Source of the DNA: Bilabrum cf. latius
Lineage: Eukaryota
NCBI GenBank assembly: GCA_965178125.1
Contig: OZ237757.1
Coordinates: 496,001-560,000, forward strand
DNA length: 64,000 nt
Reading direction: 5' to 3'
Positions 23,501 through 36,800 of this stretch are shown here, piece after piece (within the stretch, counting starts at the first letter, position 1; each line of letters opens with the position of its first letter). A program made the translations under genes and the position numbers. Below the pieces are notes generated by a model. It saw only the letters and a list, made by a program, of their open reading frames with translations, was not told where the DNA came from and did not search any database.

Positions 23501-24599
23501 GCTAGAGACGAAGATGTCTCGATTCCTCCAGTACGACGAGCTGATTCCAGGGGCAATGCAAGGCATTCGAGCCCTTGGAAATGCAATGGCCCTCGTCTGC
23601 ATGATGCAGGACGCGCAGTCGGAGCTAGATGCCAGCCTGTCGGCACGAACGCCGGTCACGACGGCAGAGGCGGGCGTGACTGGTGATGGGTCCGGAGCAA
23701 CGAATGCGTCTAGCTTCCGTCAGCCACCAGAGCTGGTAAAGTTGTTCGTGGCGGAGTGCTTTCACGCTTTATGGCGTCCGAATGGGGAATCGAATGGAGC
23801 TGAATCCACGCTTGGATGGGCTTTGGGCGGGGCAGTGGGCACCAGCGGACTGGCAGGGCAGCTGCGTGCTGCTTACGACCACCCCAGGTCATTTTCTCGA
23901 CTTGCTACTGCTCTCAGCCTGGCTGCTTGCTTGCCTCATGGCGGTGGGGGGCGGCAGTCCGACTGGACCTCTGCCCGCCCCGAGCGGCGGGGCTACAAGC
24001 TCGCAGTGTCGGCAAGCGATATGCCCTGCGGCAGGTTCGGAGACGGGCTGTCTTGGGGCCTGTCGCTGCTGCTGCACCTGCTGGGGCATACCGGTCTGTT
24101 TTCTGCGACCAATCTGTGTGAGCAGGTGCTCGAGCGGTAGGTCGCGGAGGACATGCTCGTCTCGGGCAGAACTGGCAGACCCATCCCTCCCTCAATCCAG
24201 GAGGGGCTGGCGGCTTAGGTGAGCGTAAAATGGGACGCAGGGGCTACTGGAGGTGTTACGAGTGCGGTAGGGCGAGGGTTGAGTCAAGTAGGGGCGCAGG
24301 CCTCGGCGACTGCGGCGCACTGGGAGGCCGAGGCAGACCCGCTGCCCGCGGGGGCTGAGGCGGAGGCGAGGTTTCGCGTGTGGGCGGCACACGTGAAGCC
24401 GTTCTTTGATGAAATGTAGCAGGCGTCTAGGACCTTGGGACGATGCGCCGGGATTCTGTTCGATCCAAAGTGCCTGGTGGCGGAGCCTGCAAATGAAGAG
24501 CGGTTGCAGGTTGGGCTGCAGGCGGCTGCGGCCACAGAAATAGGTGCTGGGACATTCGCGCCAGTTGCAGCTGTCGTGATTCCAGGTGTGGACATTTGA
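17535..24599 (+). CDS. CYFIP: CYFIP/PIR121/Sra-1-like (WAVE regulatory complex subunit), ~2354 aa, expanded by Ala/Gly-rich insertions
   Basis: Family-like blocks MLYAYRG, QLDSLKDSKAAAKNE, QLWLREMALD..VQVPIEASLPFL, YLYEEAESEAFLAFD, DVLPNY, LGNA and RFGDGLSWG. Continuous frame through eight TAGs to TGA 24597-24599. The start codon is uncertain. Confidence 0.85.
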
Positions 24600-24852
24600 A
24601 GTCTCTAGGTATAATCTCCTGAGCATTGACCAGACCTTGCAATCGAACTCAGGCACGTTTTTGTCGCGAATACAGGATACGGGACGAGCAGTTCGCTGAA
24701 ATTATACCTTACTGAATGTCCGGATAGCAGATTTTTGTGGTGCGCGCGGGGATGCTCCACTCTTACTCTGGTGCCGGTCAAGGTACCCCTTTCGTATTTA
24801 TCCTCTATTTGCAGCCAAACAATTCAATTGATTGACGTTTAAGTTAACCACG

Positions 24853-27800
24853 ATGAAGTGGATGCATCGCAGTAGAGAATTTCAAGCTGCTACTCTGTTT
24901 TCTGTAGTACTGTTTGCAGTGTCCGTGTCCACTGCTCAGGACATCCAGGTCTATGAGCTCTCTGGAGCAGGAGAAAGCCTCAAACTTAGAAGTGGCGCAG
25001 GATCGAGTGCAACTAACTCCTCTGCCATATTTTATGGGGGAGATATAGAGCAGGGGGGTACCACGGTCGCACGCGTGGACGAGAGTAAGCGACTCTGTGA
25101 ATTGCAGCAACTCACGCACCAAGCGCCACACGATAACTAAAGTCGAAATGAATATCCATTACTAATCCGCAGCTGGGATTGCCACTACGATGAGCTCGAG
25201 TGGTACAGCACCTCCAGTCCTTGGGACTGCGTTCGCAGCCTCGTCCACGCACGCGTACACATACGGTGGCGCCAATCCAACGAACGGAGCCGCCATGCGA
25301 GGTACATATGTAATGTCATTAGGTAAGAATTATGAATGATATGGTCCTGTGACTGAGCCAGTCCTGCTTCACCTCGACAATGCAAACACTCGCTGCTGCT
25401 GTCGCCGCTGCTGCTGCTTCTCGTCGTCACAGACACTATGGCTTGGACTAAACTGGCACCAACAGTTCTGACAAGCCCTCGGCGATACGCGGCAGCCACT
25501 GTGCTGCGCGACTGCGAGGCGTTGGGTGAGGACTGCTTGCTCGTCAACGGCGGGCAGGGAGGCGGCTCCACCATCCACGCGAGTACCGCCGTGCTCAAGC
25601 CGGACAGCACTCCTCTCGAGTGGGAAGCACCTGCGGCAGCCCAGAGCGATGCACCCGCGGGCCGTTTTGACCACTCTCTTACGGCTGATCCCACTGGCCG
25701 CATGGCCGTGCTGTTCGGGGGCCGCACTGGACCCGACGCCGAGGACGCAACCAACCACGTGTGGGCGATCAGCTCGGTGGGGTTCAGGGGATCCGGGGAT
25801 CTCGCCAACATCGCCAAGGGACAGCCCGTTTACCAGACCAGCTCTAATGACAACTCGAGATTCAAGCCAGGGCGGGCTGTGGACGGGCTGTTGTCAACCA
25901 ATGCGGACAACGAGTAGTGCTCGGCAGGCACGACTGAATCGAACCCGTCGCTGTCGGTGGACCTCGGGGGTCCAAGAGAGGTGTCTGAGATCCGCTTCTA
26001 CCGCCGCTCGGACTGGCGTCAAGACAACCCGAATGGAGTGCGGTTCTCCGTGAATAACCACCGCACGGACCCGCTGGATGGTGAGGGCACTTCTTCCTTC
26101 ACCGAGTGCAACAACCCGTACACTGGCAGGTTGCCGGTGCCTACCGTGGTCAGCTGCACCGGGGCTGTGGGACGGTATGTACATGCCTTCCTGCGTGGAT
26201 CCGACAAGCGGCTGGACGTGTGCGAGCTCATGGTCATGGGCCCGCAGCCGTGGAAGTGGAAGTCCATCAACAACGGAGAGATCGAGGTGGCCAGCGGCAA
26301 GCCCACTGCTGCCACGCAGCAGGCGTGGGATGGAACCGCCGCCAAGATCAACGACGGGACCAAGGATCAGAGCCACAGCAACTTCAAGTCGTGCACCCAC
26401 TCTGGCGGTCACTCAGGCACGCACCACTGGGTGAGGATCGATCTCGAGAAGACGTTCGACCTGACCCGGGTGAAGATCTACGACCGCGAGGACGGGTGCT
26501 GCAGGGACCGGTCCAAGCAGATCTCCGTGTGGGTGGGGAACAACAAGGAGAGGTACGACCTCAACACCGAATGCGACGAAGACGTGCCGAGCCCCATCGC
26601 CAAGACCGCAGATGTGACATGCAAGCGGACCGGCAGGTATGTCTGGTTCGTTCAGCCTAAAGTAGGCAACACCTTATCTATATGCGAAGCCGAAGTGTAC
26701 GCGATGCCTGTCCGCAACCTGCCCGTGCCCCGCTTCGGTCACGCTACCACGCAGCATCGCGGTGTGGCCTGGATCTACGGTGGCATAGACGCGGATGGAT
26801 CTGCCCTGGGAGACGTGCACGCCCTGGATCTGCGCACCTTTGAGTTCAATTCGGCCCTGAAGATCGTGGGCCAGGCCCCTGCCGCACGTGGATTCGCATC
26901 GCTGGCCCCTGCAGGCGATGGGTCTCTCATCTTGCTTGGCGGCAGGTCAGGCGCTCTCGTGTCTTCCGACCGCGTGGAGGGCGCATACAGGATGCAGCTG
27001 CCTGCCTGCAGCGACCTGAACTTGGCGGGTGTGACGGGTAAGGACTGCTTCCGTGGGTCGTGCTACTACGAGTGCTCGACCGGATTCGAGGCGACTAACC
27101 TGGTGGGTGGCCCGCCTGTGACGTGTGAGCTGACTGGGTACTACTCGGGCTTCTCTCCAGTTTGCAAGGCCGAAACAGCCGATGCACCCCCGAGTGTGTC
27201 AGCCACCATCAGCGGTCGCACTGCAACGGTGACATGGGACCCGCCGACCGACTTCGGCACGTACACGAGTGCCACCCACTACGCAGTGCGGGCGGGCGAT
27301 ACGTACGTCGGCACGGACTTCAGTGATGGCGAGCTCCCTGCTGGCTGGACGTACAGCAACTACGGCAAGAGCACCAACACAATCACGTTTGAGCCTGGCC
27401 GCGATAAGTCCGGGGGCAGTGGATACGTGAAGTGGGACATGAAGGAGCGAGGCAACTGCTGGTGGTCCGAGAACGACTGTCCCCGGATCTTCGTGCCTTG
27501 GCCAGCTGGCATCAACTTTGAATCTAGCCCAACCGAAGGTAATAAGTGGGACGTGCAAGTGAAGGTGTGGGTCGGTGATGGCGCGCTTCCACATGGATAC
27601 ACGGGGGTGGGCATCGGTCTCGTCGAGGATGACCCAGCCAAACCAGAGTACGGCCAAGTTCGCCTGTACATGATGTTCGGTCGTCTAGCTGGATCGAATA
27701 CCATGCGAGTTTATGTGGAAGAGAATGGATATAACAAGCGAGTTCGAGATATTCCTGCAGATGAGAACGGAAGATTGTAGACGCTACGCATGATGTACGA

Positions 27801-30800
27801 CCCACAGTACGAAAGGATCACGACGTTTCATCGCGGACCCAATGACAACAACTGGAGAGAGATCTTTGAAGGGGGCTGGTGGATGGGACACTTACAGAGG
27901 GGTGGTCGTGTTAGCAAGGGCAAGCTGGTCATCATGTCCAAGTCGTGGTCAGACGTGGCTCAGACCTACTTCATCGACGACATCAAGGTCTCTGTGCAGG
28001 ACTGCCCAGCGAGCGGAGTGACTCGCCTCGCACCCCTCGCTGGCCTGACCCCCGCAGGCACTCCCAGCGGCAAGCTCCGTGCAACGTCTCCCATGCTGTC
28101 CAAGGGAATCAACTACAAGTTCCAGACGGCCGCAGTGACAGAGGCTGGGCTGGGCGACTGGTCTGACTACAGCAACTGGGTAATGCCCACCAACCCGCTT
28201 GAGTTCGGGCTGGAGAACGTGGCGAGGCAAAAGCCTGTCCGAGAATGGGGCGGAATATCAAACGGAAATTGGGCTTCAAGAGCTGTGGACGGCTACAACG
28301 GAAATGGAGAAATGGGATCTGGCCGCTGCATGCACGGGGCTTGGGCAAACTAGCCAAGGATCCGTATCGACCTCGAGTCACAGTTCAAAGTGGACACCAT
28401 CCGAGTGGCCCAGCGGATCAACTACTGCTGCTACGACCGAAGCTTGGGCACTGTGGCGTACGTGGGTGATGACCCCAACAACTTCAACAATAACCAGGTA
28501 TGTGAGGGTAGTCTCAACGCTTGGGACGGCCTCATCAAACTCCTGCGGTGCAACAACGCGATTGGCCGGTACGTGTGGATTGTCACGCCACCAAAGTGGA
28601 CTTTCCTGGAGCTTTGTGAGGTGGAGGTGCTGGCAGACAACAAGTGCGACGATCGGCAGCCGGCCAACACGGCTAGCGTTGGCACATGCACGAACGCTCG
28701 CAACGGTGACATCTGCACACACTCGTGCCTCCCTGGCTATGTCGAATCATCCGGGGAGTCTACCGCGGTGTGTAGGTACGGTGACTGGACCACGGAGCCT
28801 CTCGAGTGTGTGAAGCAGTGCCCTGCTCTTCCTGCCCCTTCTGGCTCCGAATCTTGCAAGCAGGCCGTGGCAGCCGAGGACTTCGAGATTGCTGACTCTG
28901 CCATGAAGCGGTTCGCGTCATCGGACCAGGCCAAGTTCCCGCTGACCGATTACTGGCACGTGGTGGACGGCCGCATGCTGGCCATGCCTCCACCCAGCGA
29001 TGGCGAGTGCCTCATGGACAACGAGGGCATGGTGGCGCTGCTGACCGATCCTGACCCTCGCGCGCAAGACGTGGAGTACTCTGTGTCTGTGGACCTGAGA
29101 TCGGAAGATGATGCCGGGTTGGTTTTCCGGGCAGCTACTTCTGGTCTCTTCTACTATGCATCGATCGGGTTCAGGTCCGGAATCCACCGCATCGTACGGC
29201 GAACGGGGGCTGCATCCGACGACGTGGAGATCGCGACGTCGGGCGTGTCTTTGCGCCGACTGGACTCGTCCGACCCACAGGACAAGCACAAGCTGGAGGT
29301 GCTGCTGAACGGCGAGAACATGGAAGTACGGCTGGATGGAGCACGTGTCATGACGGCCTCGGATGGATCCATCGCTTCGGGTGACGCGGGACTGTGGGCG
29401 CTGGGCCCCGCCGAGTTCGATAATCTGCGTGTGGATGCGCCCTGCCTGGTGGGTGGTGGCGACTCGGTCAGTGGATGCAGGCAGCTCTTCTACCAGGACG
29501 AGTGCGGGTTCACCTGCCGCAAGGGCTTCGATTCCAACGGGACCTCTGTGTCGAGGTGCATGGCCAATGGGGTCCTCCAGCAGCCCCAGGGCCCGCCGCA
29601 GTGCCTCATCCGGCCCCCTGTGGCAGTGGACCAGGAGCGCAACGTGACCGAGAATTCGCCCAGGAACACAGCCGTGGGGGATCCCGTCCGCGCCTCACTT
29701 GAGGCGGACGAGCAGATGGAGTTCAGCATCGTGGCAGGCGACGCCATGGAGGCCTTCCGCATCGGGCTGTGCGACGGGCAGCTGCGGGTGTTCGACCAGA
29801 GCCAGCTGGACTATGAGGTCAAGGAGGAGTTTGAACTGACCATTCGGATCGGCGTGAATGGGTTCTCGGCTTACACGGACATCAACGTCACGGTGCACGT
29901 GCAGGACGTGAACGAGCCCCCCACGCTGCCCGCCCAGAGCTTTGTAGTGCAGGAGAACTGCCAACCCATGACGCCGGTCGGGTAGCCGCTCGTGGGGCTG
30001 GCAGATGATCCCGAGGATGATACGCTGACCTTCCATCTGGACTTTGATGGAACTGACGGGATGTTGCTGCTGGACGAGACCTCGGGTCAACTGTCGCTCA
30101 ACTTCTCATCTCCACAGCGGCCCACAGGTACTGGTCACCCCGTCGATTTCGAGAATGGCCCCGCCTCCGGGTCCTTCTTGGCCATCGTGCAGGTGGAGGA
30201 CACCGTGGGAAACACGGCCTCCAGCTTCATCACCATGGCTCTCAACGACACCAACGATGCCCCCGAGCTAGACACCGTCAGTGGTGCAGGAGCTTCGAGT
30301 CTGCCTCAGTCCCAGGTCCTCACCGTGGATGAGTACGTGGCTGTGAGCATGGACGGGGCTCCCATGGATCCTTCGGTGCAGGCCGTGGACCAGGACCAGG
30401 GCCTTTACACTTCCGAACTGTCCTTCCGATTCACGAGCAAGGGTGCCAGCGGCTCTTCCCCGCTGCAGGGGACCCTCATCCGGCAGCAGGCCTCGGACAG
30501 CACTCCACAGGAAACCACTGGTGTCGTCTTGCAGGAGGGTGGGCAGGACCTGTTCACGATTGATGCTCACAGGGGCAATGTGTCTGTCACAGCCGTGCCC
30601 AGTCCTCAGTGGTCCATCACCAGCGACTACTCGCCGTACCTGTCTTTGGACGCTTCCACACAGGGCGTGCTGGTGCGGGCAGAGTACGTGTTGGAAGTGG
30701 AGGTGCGAGACAGGTTCGGAGCCACGGCCACGAGCAATGTGCGCTTTGTGATCGCCGCAAATGACTCGAGCATTCCTGTGATCCGCGAGGTGGCCTGCGA

Positions 30801-33800
30801 GGGTGATGGCATGCCCACGCGGGGTGGGGTGGTGTGCAACTTTACTGGCACTGGACTGGGGTCTGCAAGCAACACCGTGGGTGCATGGGTGACTCGCGCA
30901 AACCCACAGGGTGGCACGGGCCGCCTGGATTTCACCGGCTGCTCGATCGTGAAGGACTCTGTGATGATCCAGTGCATGAGTCCCGAAGGGTATGGCCGTG
31001 GATTTGACGTGCACGTGCAGGCGCAGGGACAGGAGGCCTTCAAGGCATCTCAGCTGCGGCTCAACTTCAGAGACCCCACCGTGACCGCTGTGAGCTAGAG
31101 CGCGCAGGCACTGGCCACCGAGGGAGGTACGGAGGTGGTGCTGTCAGGCGAGAACCTGGGGCCTGCGGGCAAGCAGACGGTGCGGTACAGCGATGGTCGT
31201 GGCGGGCAGCTGACCTGCCAGGTGAGAAGCTCGCTTGAGATCGGCGAGACGAGCCATGACACGGTGCGCTGCATCACGCAGGAGGGCTCGGGCAGCAACC
31301 TGCAGTGGATGATGTCCATCAACGAGGAAGCCGAGCTCACTGTCATGTCCATGCGTGCAGATGGGCAGGCCGATGCCGGGGCAGGGGCTGGTGAGGGTAC
31401 TGTAGCGGACCTGTTCGGATTCTCGTATGCACTCCCGCAGATCACAGGCGTGGAGGGACTGTCCAGCTCGCAGGACGTGAGGCAGCTATCCACGGCCGGC
31501 GGTGAGACCGTGGTGGTGCGAGGCAATAACTTCGGACCTGCTTCGGAAGCCGTGCGGGTGTGGCTGACGTATGCCCCGGAAAGCCCCGTGACCAGTATGG
31601 GAGCGGCGCTGGGCGGATACATGTACGAGATGGCCAGCTGCAGCAAGCCCGAGACAGGGGCCATGGCGCACAAACTGCTGCACTGCACAATGCCTGCGGG
31701 AGTGGGGCGGGGCCTGGTGTTGAGCATGTCCGTGAACGGCCAGTCGCAGGACGGCAGCACCTGCTATGCCCCTACTGTGGACGAGGGCAGCGATGCCGTG
31801 GATCAGCTGGACAGGGACCTGGTGTGTCCCAATTCCACGATCGCGTTCGTATCCTATGCGCCACCTCGCGTGGACCGCGTGCTGGGCGCAGACGGATCTG
31901 ACACGCGTGGCGGGCAGTCCTTCACGCTGGTGGGCGCGGGTTTCGGGCCCATGGAGCTGACAAATCTGGGCAGCGTGTCGTCTGTACTGTACGGTCCTGC
32001 AGACGCGGGCAACCTCAGGTATGATGCCACTGCCACCTGCAGGGTGTCGCAGGCCGATGTGGAGATCGAGTGCAGCACGCTGCCAGGGACCGGCAAGGAC
32101 CTGCAATTCAACCTGGCCGTGGCTGGGCAGGCCTCCACTAGCGATGTGGTACAGACCACGCATGCCTACGCGCAGCCCGTGCTGGCCACATTCGAGGGCG
32201 ACGGTGCGTCTGGTGCGGAGACTCCCGGTGGGCAGGTGGTGGCGCTGCACGGCAACAACTTCGGGCCCATGGGCGCCGGAATCGACACGCCCCTCAACGC
32301 GACGTACGACCTGTCCGTGGCGGGCGTGGGCTCAACCACGTTCCAGGCCGTGGACTGCCAGCTCACGGTGGCACATATCACGATCGAGTGCAGGACAGCA
32401 GAGGGGGCTGGCCGTGCCCTGGCCTGGACCGTGGTCGTGGACTCGCAGCCCAGCCGCAGCCCCACCACGAACTACGAGGTGCCTGTGGTGACCGCGGTGG
32501 TGCGGCCAGGGACCAGCGCAGGAGCGCGCGTGTCCGATGCAGACGTGGACGGCGGTGAGACGTTGGAGATTCACGGCACTGGCTTTGGGTCGCCTGACTT
32601 GGTGCTGGTGGACGAGGAGACGGGGGCTGTGTCGAACGCGCTGGAGAGCATCACGTACGGTCCCACAGGCACGGAATATACGCCGGTGTCTGTGACACAT
32701 GTGTCGCACACGCTGATCCAGATCGTGACGGAGCCGGGATGGGCCATGAATGCGTTCTTCCGCGTGGTGGTGGCCGGGCAGTCCAGCAGCACGAGCCCGC
32801 CCGCCTCGACCGACGCCACATTCGACTTCGCCAAGCCTTTGCTGGTGTCCCTGGCGCCGTCGGCAGTCAGCAGCACGTACTCGCCCGAAGACATCCCGCA
32901 GATCGTGAGGCTGACCACGCGGAATGTGCCCCTGAGGGACCGTCTGTCCAGGCCCGTGGTGCTGTTTGGGGGTCAGGTGCGGCAACCGACGTCTGCCATT
33001 CGCAATCAGGATGGCAGCCAGACCATCGCATTCACCCTCCCCGAGCATGGAGGCGGTTTCGCCATCCCAGTGAGGGTGGGGGTGGCCCCGGTCCGCGAGG
33101 ACGCCTCCCAGTCCGCGCCCAACCCGGAGTCGCTGTCTCTGCTGCAGGACCCGGCCACCATCTTCGCCTACCAGGCTCCCAGCATCGACCGACTCGTGGT
33201 GACCCGGCCTGCATGGACACAGCCGGGTTACGTGTCAGGCGCGAACACCCCGGCAGAGCAAAACTGCACCTTCGGGCCAGGGGATCCGTTCACATGCACC
33301 GACACGGACGTGCTGCAGGTGCTCATCATCGGGACTGGATTCTCGGATCCAAGGGGCTTCCGCCAGGACGGCGACGCGAGGGGGCTGCTGCGGGCGGACG
33401 TGTCTATGCTGCCTCTGCTGCGGTACCCGCTGGTGGTGCGGTCGCACACGCACAACCGTATCTTGGCCTACACTAACGAGCAGACAGGATCTGTGCAAGT
33501 GCAGGTGAGCGCCACGCTGCCTCAGTCGCTGGTGGACCAGGGCATGACCAGCGCGCTGGGCGTGGCAGTGGACACGATGGAGCAGCGCACCGACAGCGAG
33601 ACCTGGCAGCTGCTGGCGCCCTCCATCGCGGCGCTGCAGGGCACCACAACCGGACTGCCCACGGCCGGCCAACAGCCCGAAGATGGCACGCCGGCGGACG
33701 GCAACGGCATCACGATCGTGGTGGGCGGACTGGAGACGACCAAGAAGGTGAGGGTGCTGGTGGGGCCCAGCGCCAGCTCGGTGACTGCTTGCCGGGTGTG

Positions 33801-36800
33801 GTCGCTGCTGGAGAGCCGCTGGCTGGAAGCGAGTGCGAGTGGGTCCGACATCCAAACGCACGTGATCGACGTGATCGACGCCGCGGCTAACCAGCAGGGC
33901 ACGCAGGCCGTGTACGAGGTGTCGTTCCTGATCCCCGAGGCGCCCGCCACGCCCGAGCCGCTGGACGACATCCGGGTGTTTGTGGACCGCGATGGGGCGC
34001 TGTCCAGTGGCGACGACTCGTTCGCATATGCCGAGCCGTACGTGGCAGCTGTGGACGTGTGGATGCCGGCGGACGGCGCGTCCGGAGACCAGCCCACGGA
34101 CGCGAGTCCCGTGGAGTCCCACTGGCAGCGGGCCTGGGTTGCGCTGGATGCGAGCGATGTCCGGGTGCCCACTCGCGGTGGCTGGATCCGGGTGCGGGGC
34201 CAGGACCTGACGCAGTGTCCGCTGGTACGACTGGGCGACGGGCACATGAGCACGTGCACGCAAGGCATCGTCGCGTACGGACACCCGGACAGTGCCTCTT
34301 CTGCCAATCGACTGGCCTGCCAGCCAGCTGTTGCAGGTGGCAGCACGCCGTCGCTGCACGAGTGCTTCATCATCCCCGTGCCCGCGGGTGAGGGCGACGG
34401 TCTGCAGTACAACGACACGATGACCGGCTTCGTGCTGGATGTAGAGGCGGGGCTGCAGTCCATGGTACTGGCGGAGGACGTGGAAGACGTGCAGGCGGGA
34501 GGCGTCACGGACGGCGCTGACGGGATCGTGCCGAGGCGGCCCGGCGACGGTCCCACGGCGGTGCGGCTGGCCAACGTGCGGCGCGGCCTGCTGCAGTACT
34601 CGCACATCCGGCCTAGTATTGTCAGCGTGCAGCCCGCGGCGCAGACCGACTCGGTGCCGACCGCGGGCGGCGTGACTATGCTGGTGCGTGGAGCGAACTT
34701 CGGTGAGACCCCGAGCATGCGGCAGGCCCAAGCCGATGGCATCGACATGTTCATCCGCGTGGAGCTGGGCGTGCCTAGCAACAATGCAGGGGCCGTGCAG
34801 GCGTTTGGTCGAGCGGTGGAGTGGGTGGACTGTGCGAATGCAACCCGAGTGTCGCACGAGGTGGTGGAGTGCGTGCTGCCCGAAGGAGCCGGGTCCAACG
34901 TGGCGGCTCGAGTGACGGTGGCCGGGCTGGTGGGCGAGGCTGGCGGCATGGTGACGTATGACGCGCCCGTGGTGACCGCCGTGGCTCTGCATGGGCACTC
35001 GTCATCCTTCATGTCAGCGCTGGACGAGATGGATGACCTGTTCGAGGACGACGCCGACCCCACTGGGCTGCTGCGGGCTCAGGCCGTGTGGCTAGACACT
35101 GGCTTGGTCCGGCATGTGCCAAACGCCACGGTGCGCGCCACCATCGGACCGGTGGTACAGTTCGCATCTTTGTCGAGCGGAAGCCTGCAGGTGACAGGGG
35201 CTCCCACCAGAGGAGGTCGTCCCAACGGCCTGGACATGATGTACCCAGCAGCGGCCCACGTGACGCTGTTCGGACAGAACCTGGGCCGCAGGGGGGCGGT
35301 GGGTGATCCCCAGCTGTGCGTGTTCCTGGCGCAGTCCACGCGCAACACGGGTCTTGCTCTGGTGTGCGACGGCATGGAGGGCTTCCCCGGAGAGGGCGAG
35401 GTGCCGTCGTGGACGGTGGTGGTACACACGCACGACCGCATCACGTTCGAGCTGCCCGAGGGCGTGGGCCAGAAGGATCTGCAGGTGTCTGTGGGCGGGC
35501 GCACGCTTGTGGTGCCCACCACGCAGGACCAGCCCCGCCTACTGTATGCCCCCCCAAGCATCAGGGAAGTGCTGCCCGTTGTGCCCGCCAACGGCCCCAC
35601 CATCGGTGGGTACCTAGTGACGGTGCATGGAGCCAACTTCGGTCCCAAGCAGCGCAACGTCACATCGTTGGGTCAAGCCGTGGAGCTGGCCCAGGGTCGC
35701 TTTGTGTCCCCGCTGCCTCTGTCCATGGCATCCGCCGTGCCCACGTCATACCTGGTGGTGGACTTCTACCGGTCGTGCATCACGGACGCCACGTCGCCCG
35801 AGGGCCTGAAGCCCCAGCTGGGACGCACAGCAGGGTGCGACTATGTGATCGAAGACCGCGACCATGACTTCGTGACCTTCCGTGTGCCCGAGGGGATCGG
35901 GGCGAGCAGGGACGTGGCAGTGGAGGTCGTGGACGTGGCGGTGGCCGAGCTCCGAGCAAGCAGCGGCGCCGTGGGCTTCTCGGGCGTGTAGCGATCCGAG
36001 TCTCGCGGGGCCTTCTCCTACGATGCGCCGGAGATCGACCGCACGGATCCCACGCGCGTGTACCTCGAGTCTGGCCAGGACCTGGAGCAGTACCGGGACG
36101 TGCTGCTAGAGGTGCAGCGGCGTGTAGAGGAGCTGTTCGCCGGCGTCAGTAGCACTGGCACTGCCGACGTTGATGCCATCCTGCACGCGGCCCAGCAGCC
36201 TCTGTCGGAGTTCATCAACAGCGGCGAGCAGGCTTGGGGACAGGCGCTGGATGAGCTGCGACAAGAGGCCGGGTCCTCGCCGCGGCAGGCAGACGCGCTG
36301 CAGGGCCCCACCAAGATGGTGTACATGTTCGGCCGCAACTTCGGCAACCCTGCACTGGCACTGCGGTAGAACTGGAGCGATGCAGAGCGCTTCGTGGGTG
36401 CGTCCATCGGGAACGTGACCTGCCTGGAGACCAACCGCGGCAGACAAGCCGTGACGGATGACCCGCTGGAAGACCCGGCATCCACGCAGGTGGAGTGCGA
36501 GATCGAGGCACTGACAGTGGGGTACAAGAACGTGACGCTGCGAGTGGCAGGCCAGGTGGGCATGCTGGACGCCAGAGAGGGAGTGAGCGGGGTGCACTTC
36601 GTGTGCGCGCCTGGCCAGTTCGGGTTGGACGGGGAGTTCTGCCTGCCATGCCCGCAAGGAGCGGACTGCCCGGGCTACGACACGGATGTGCGGCGCAGCA
36701 TGCCGCCGCGTCCGCAGAGCGGCTTCTACAACCTCAACTCCTCTGACGGTCTCAGCGGCAACATGACCGACGCTGAGTGCCCCAGCCGCAAGCAGGTGCC

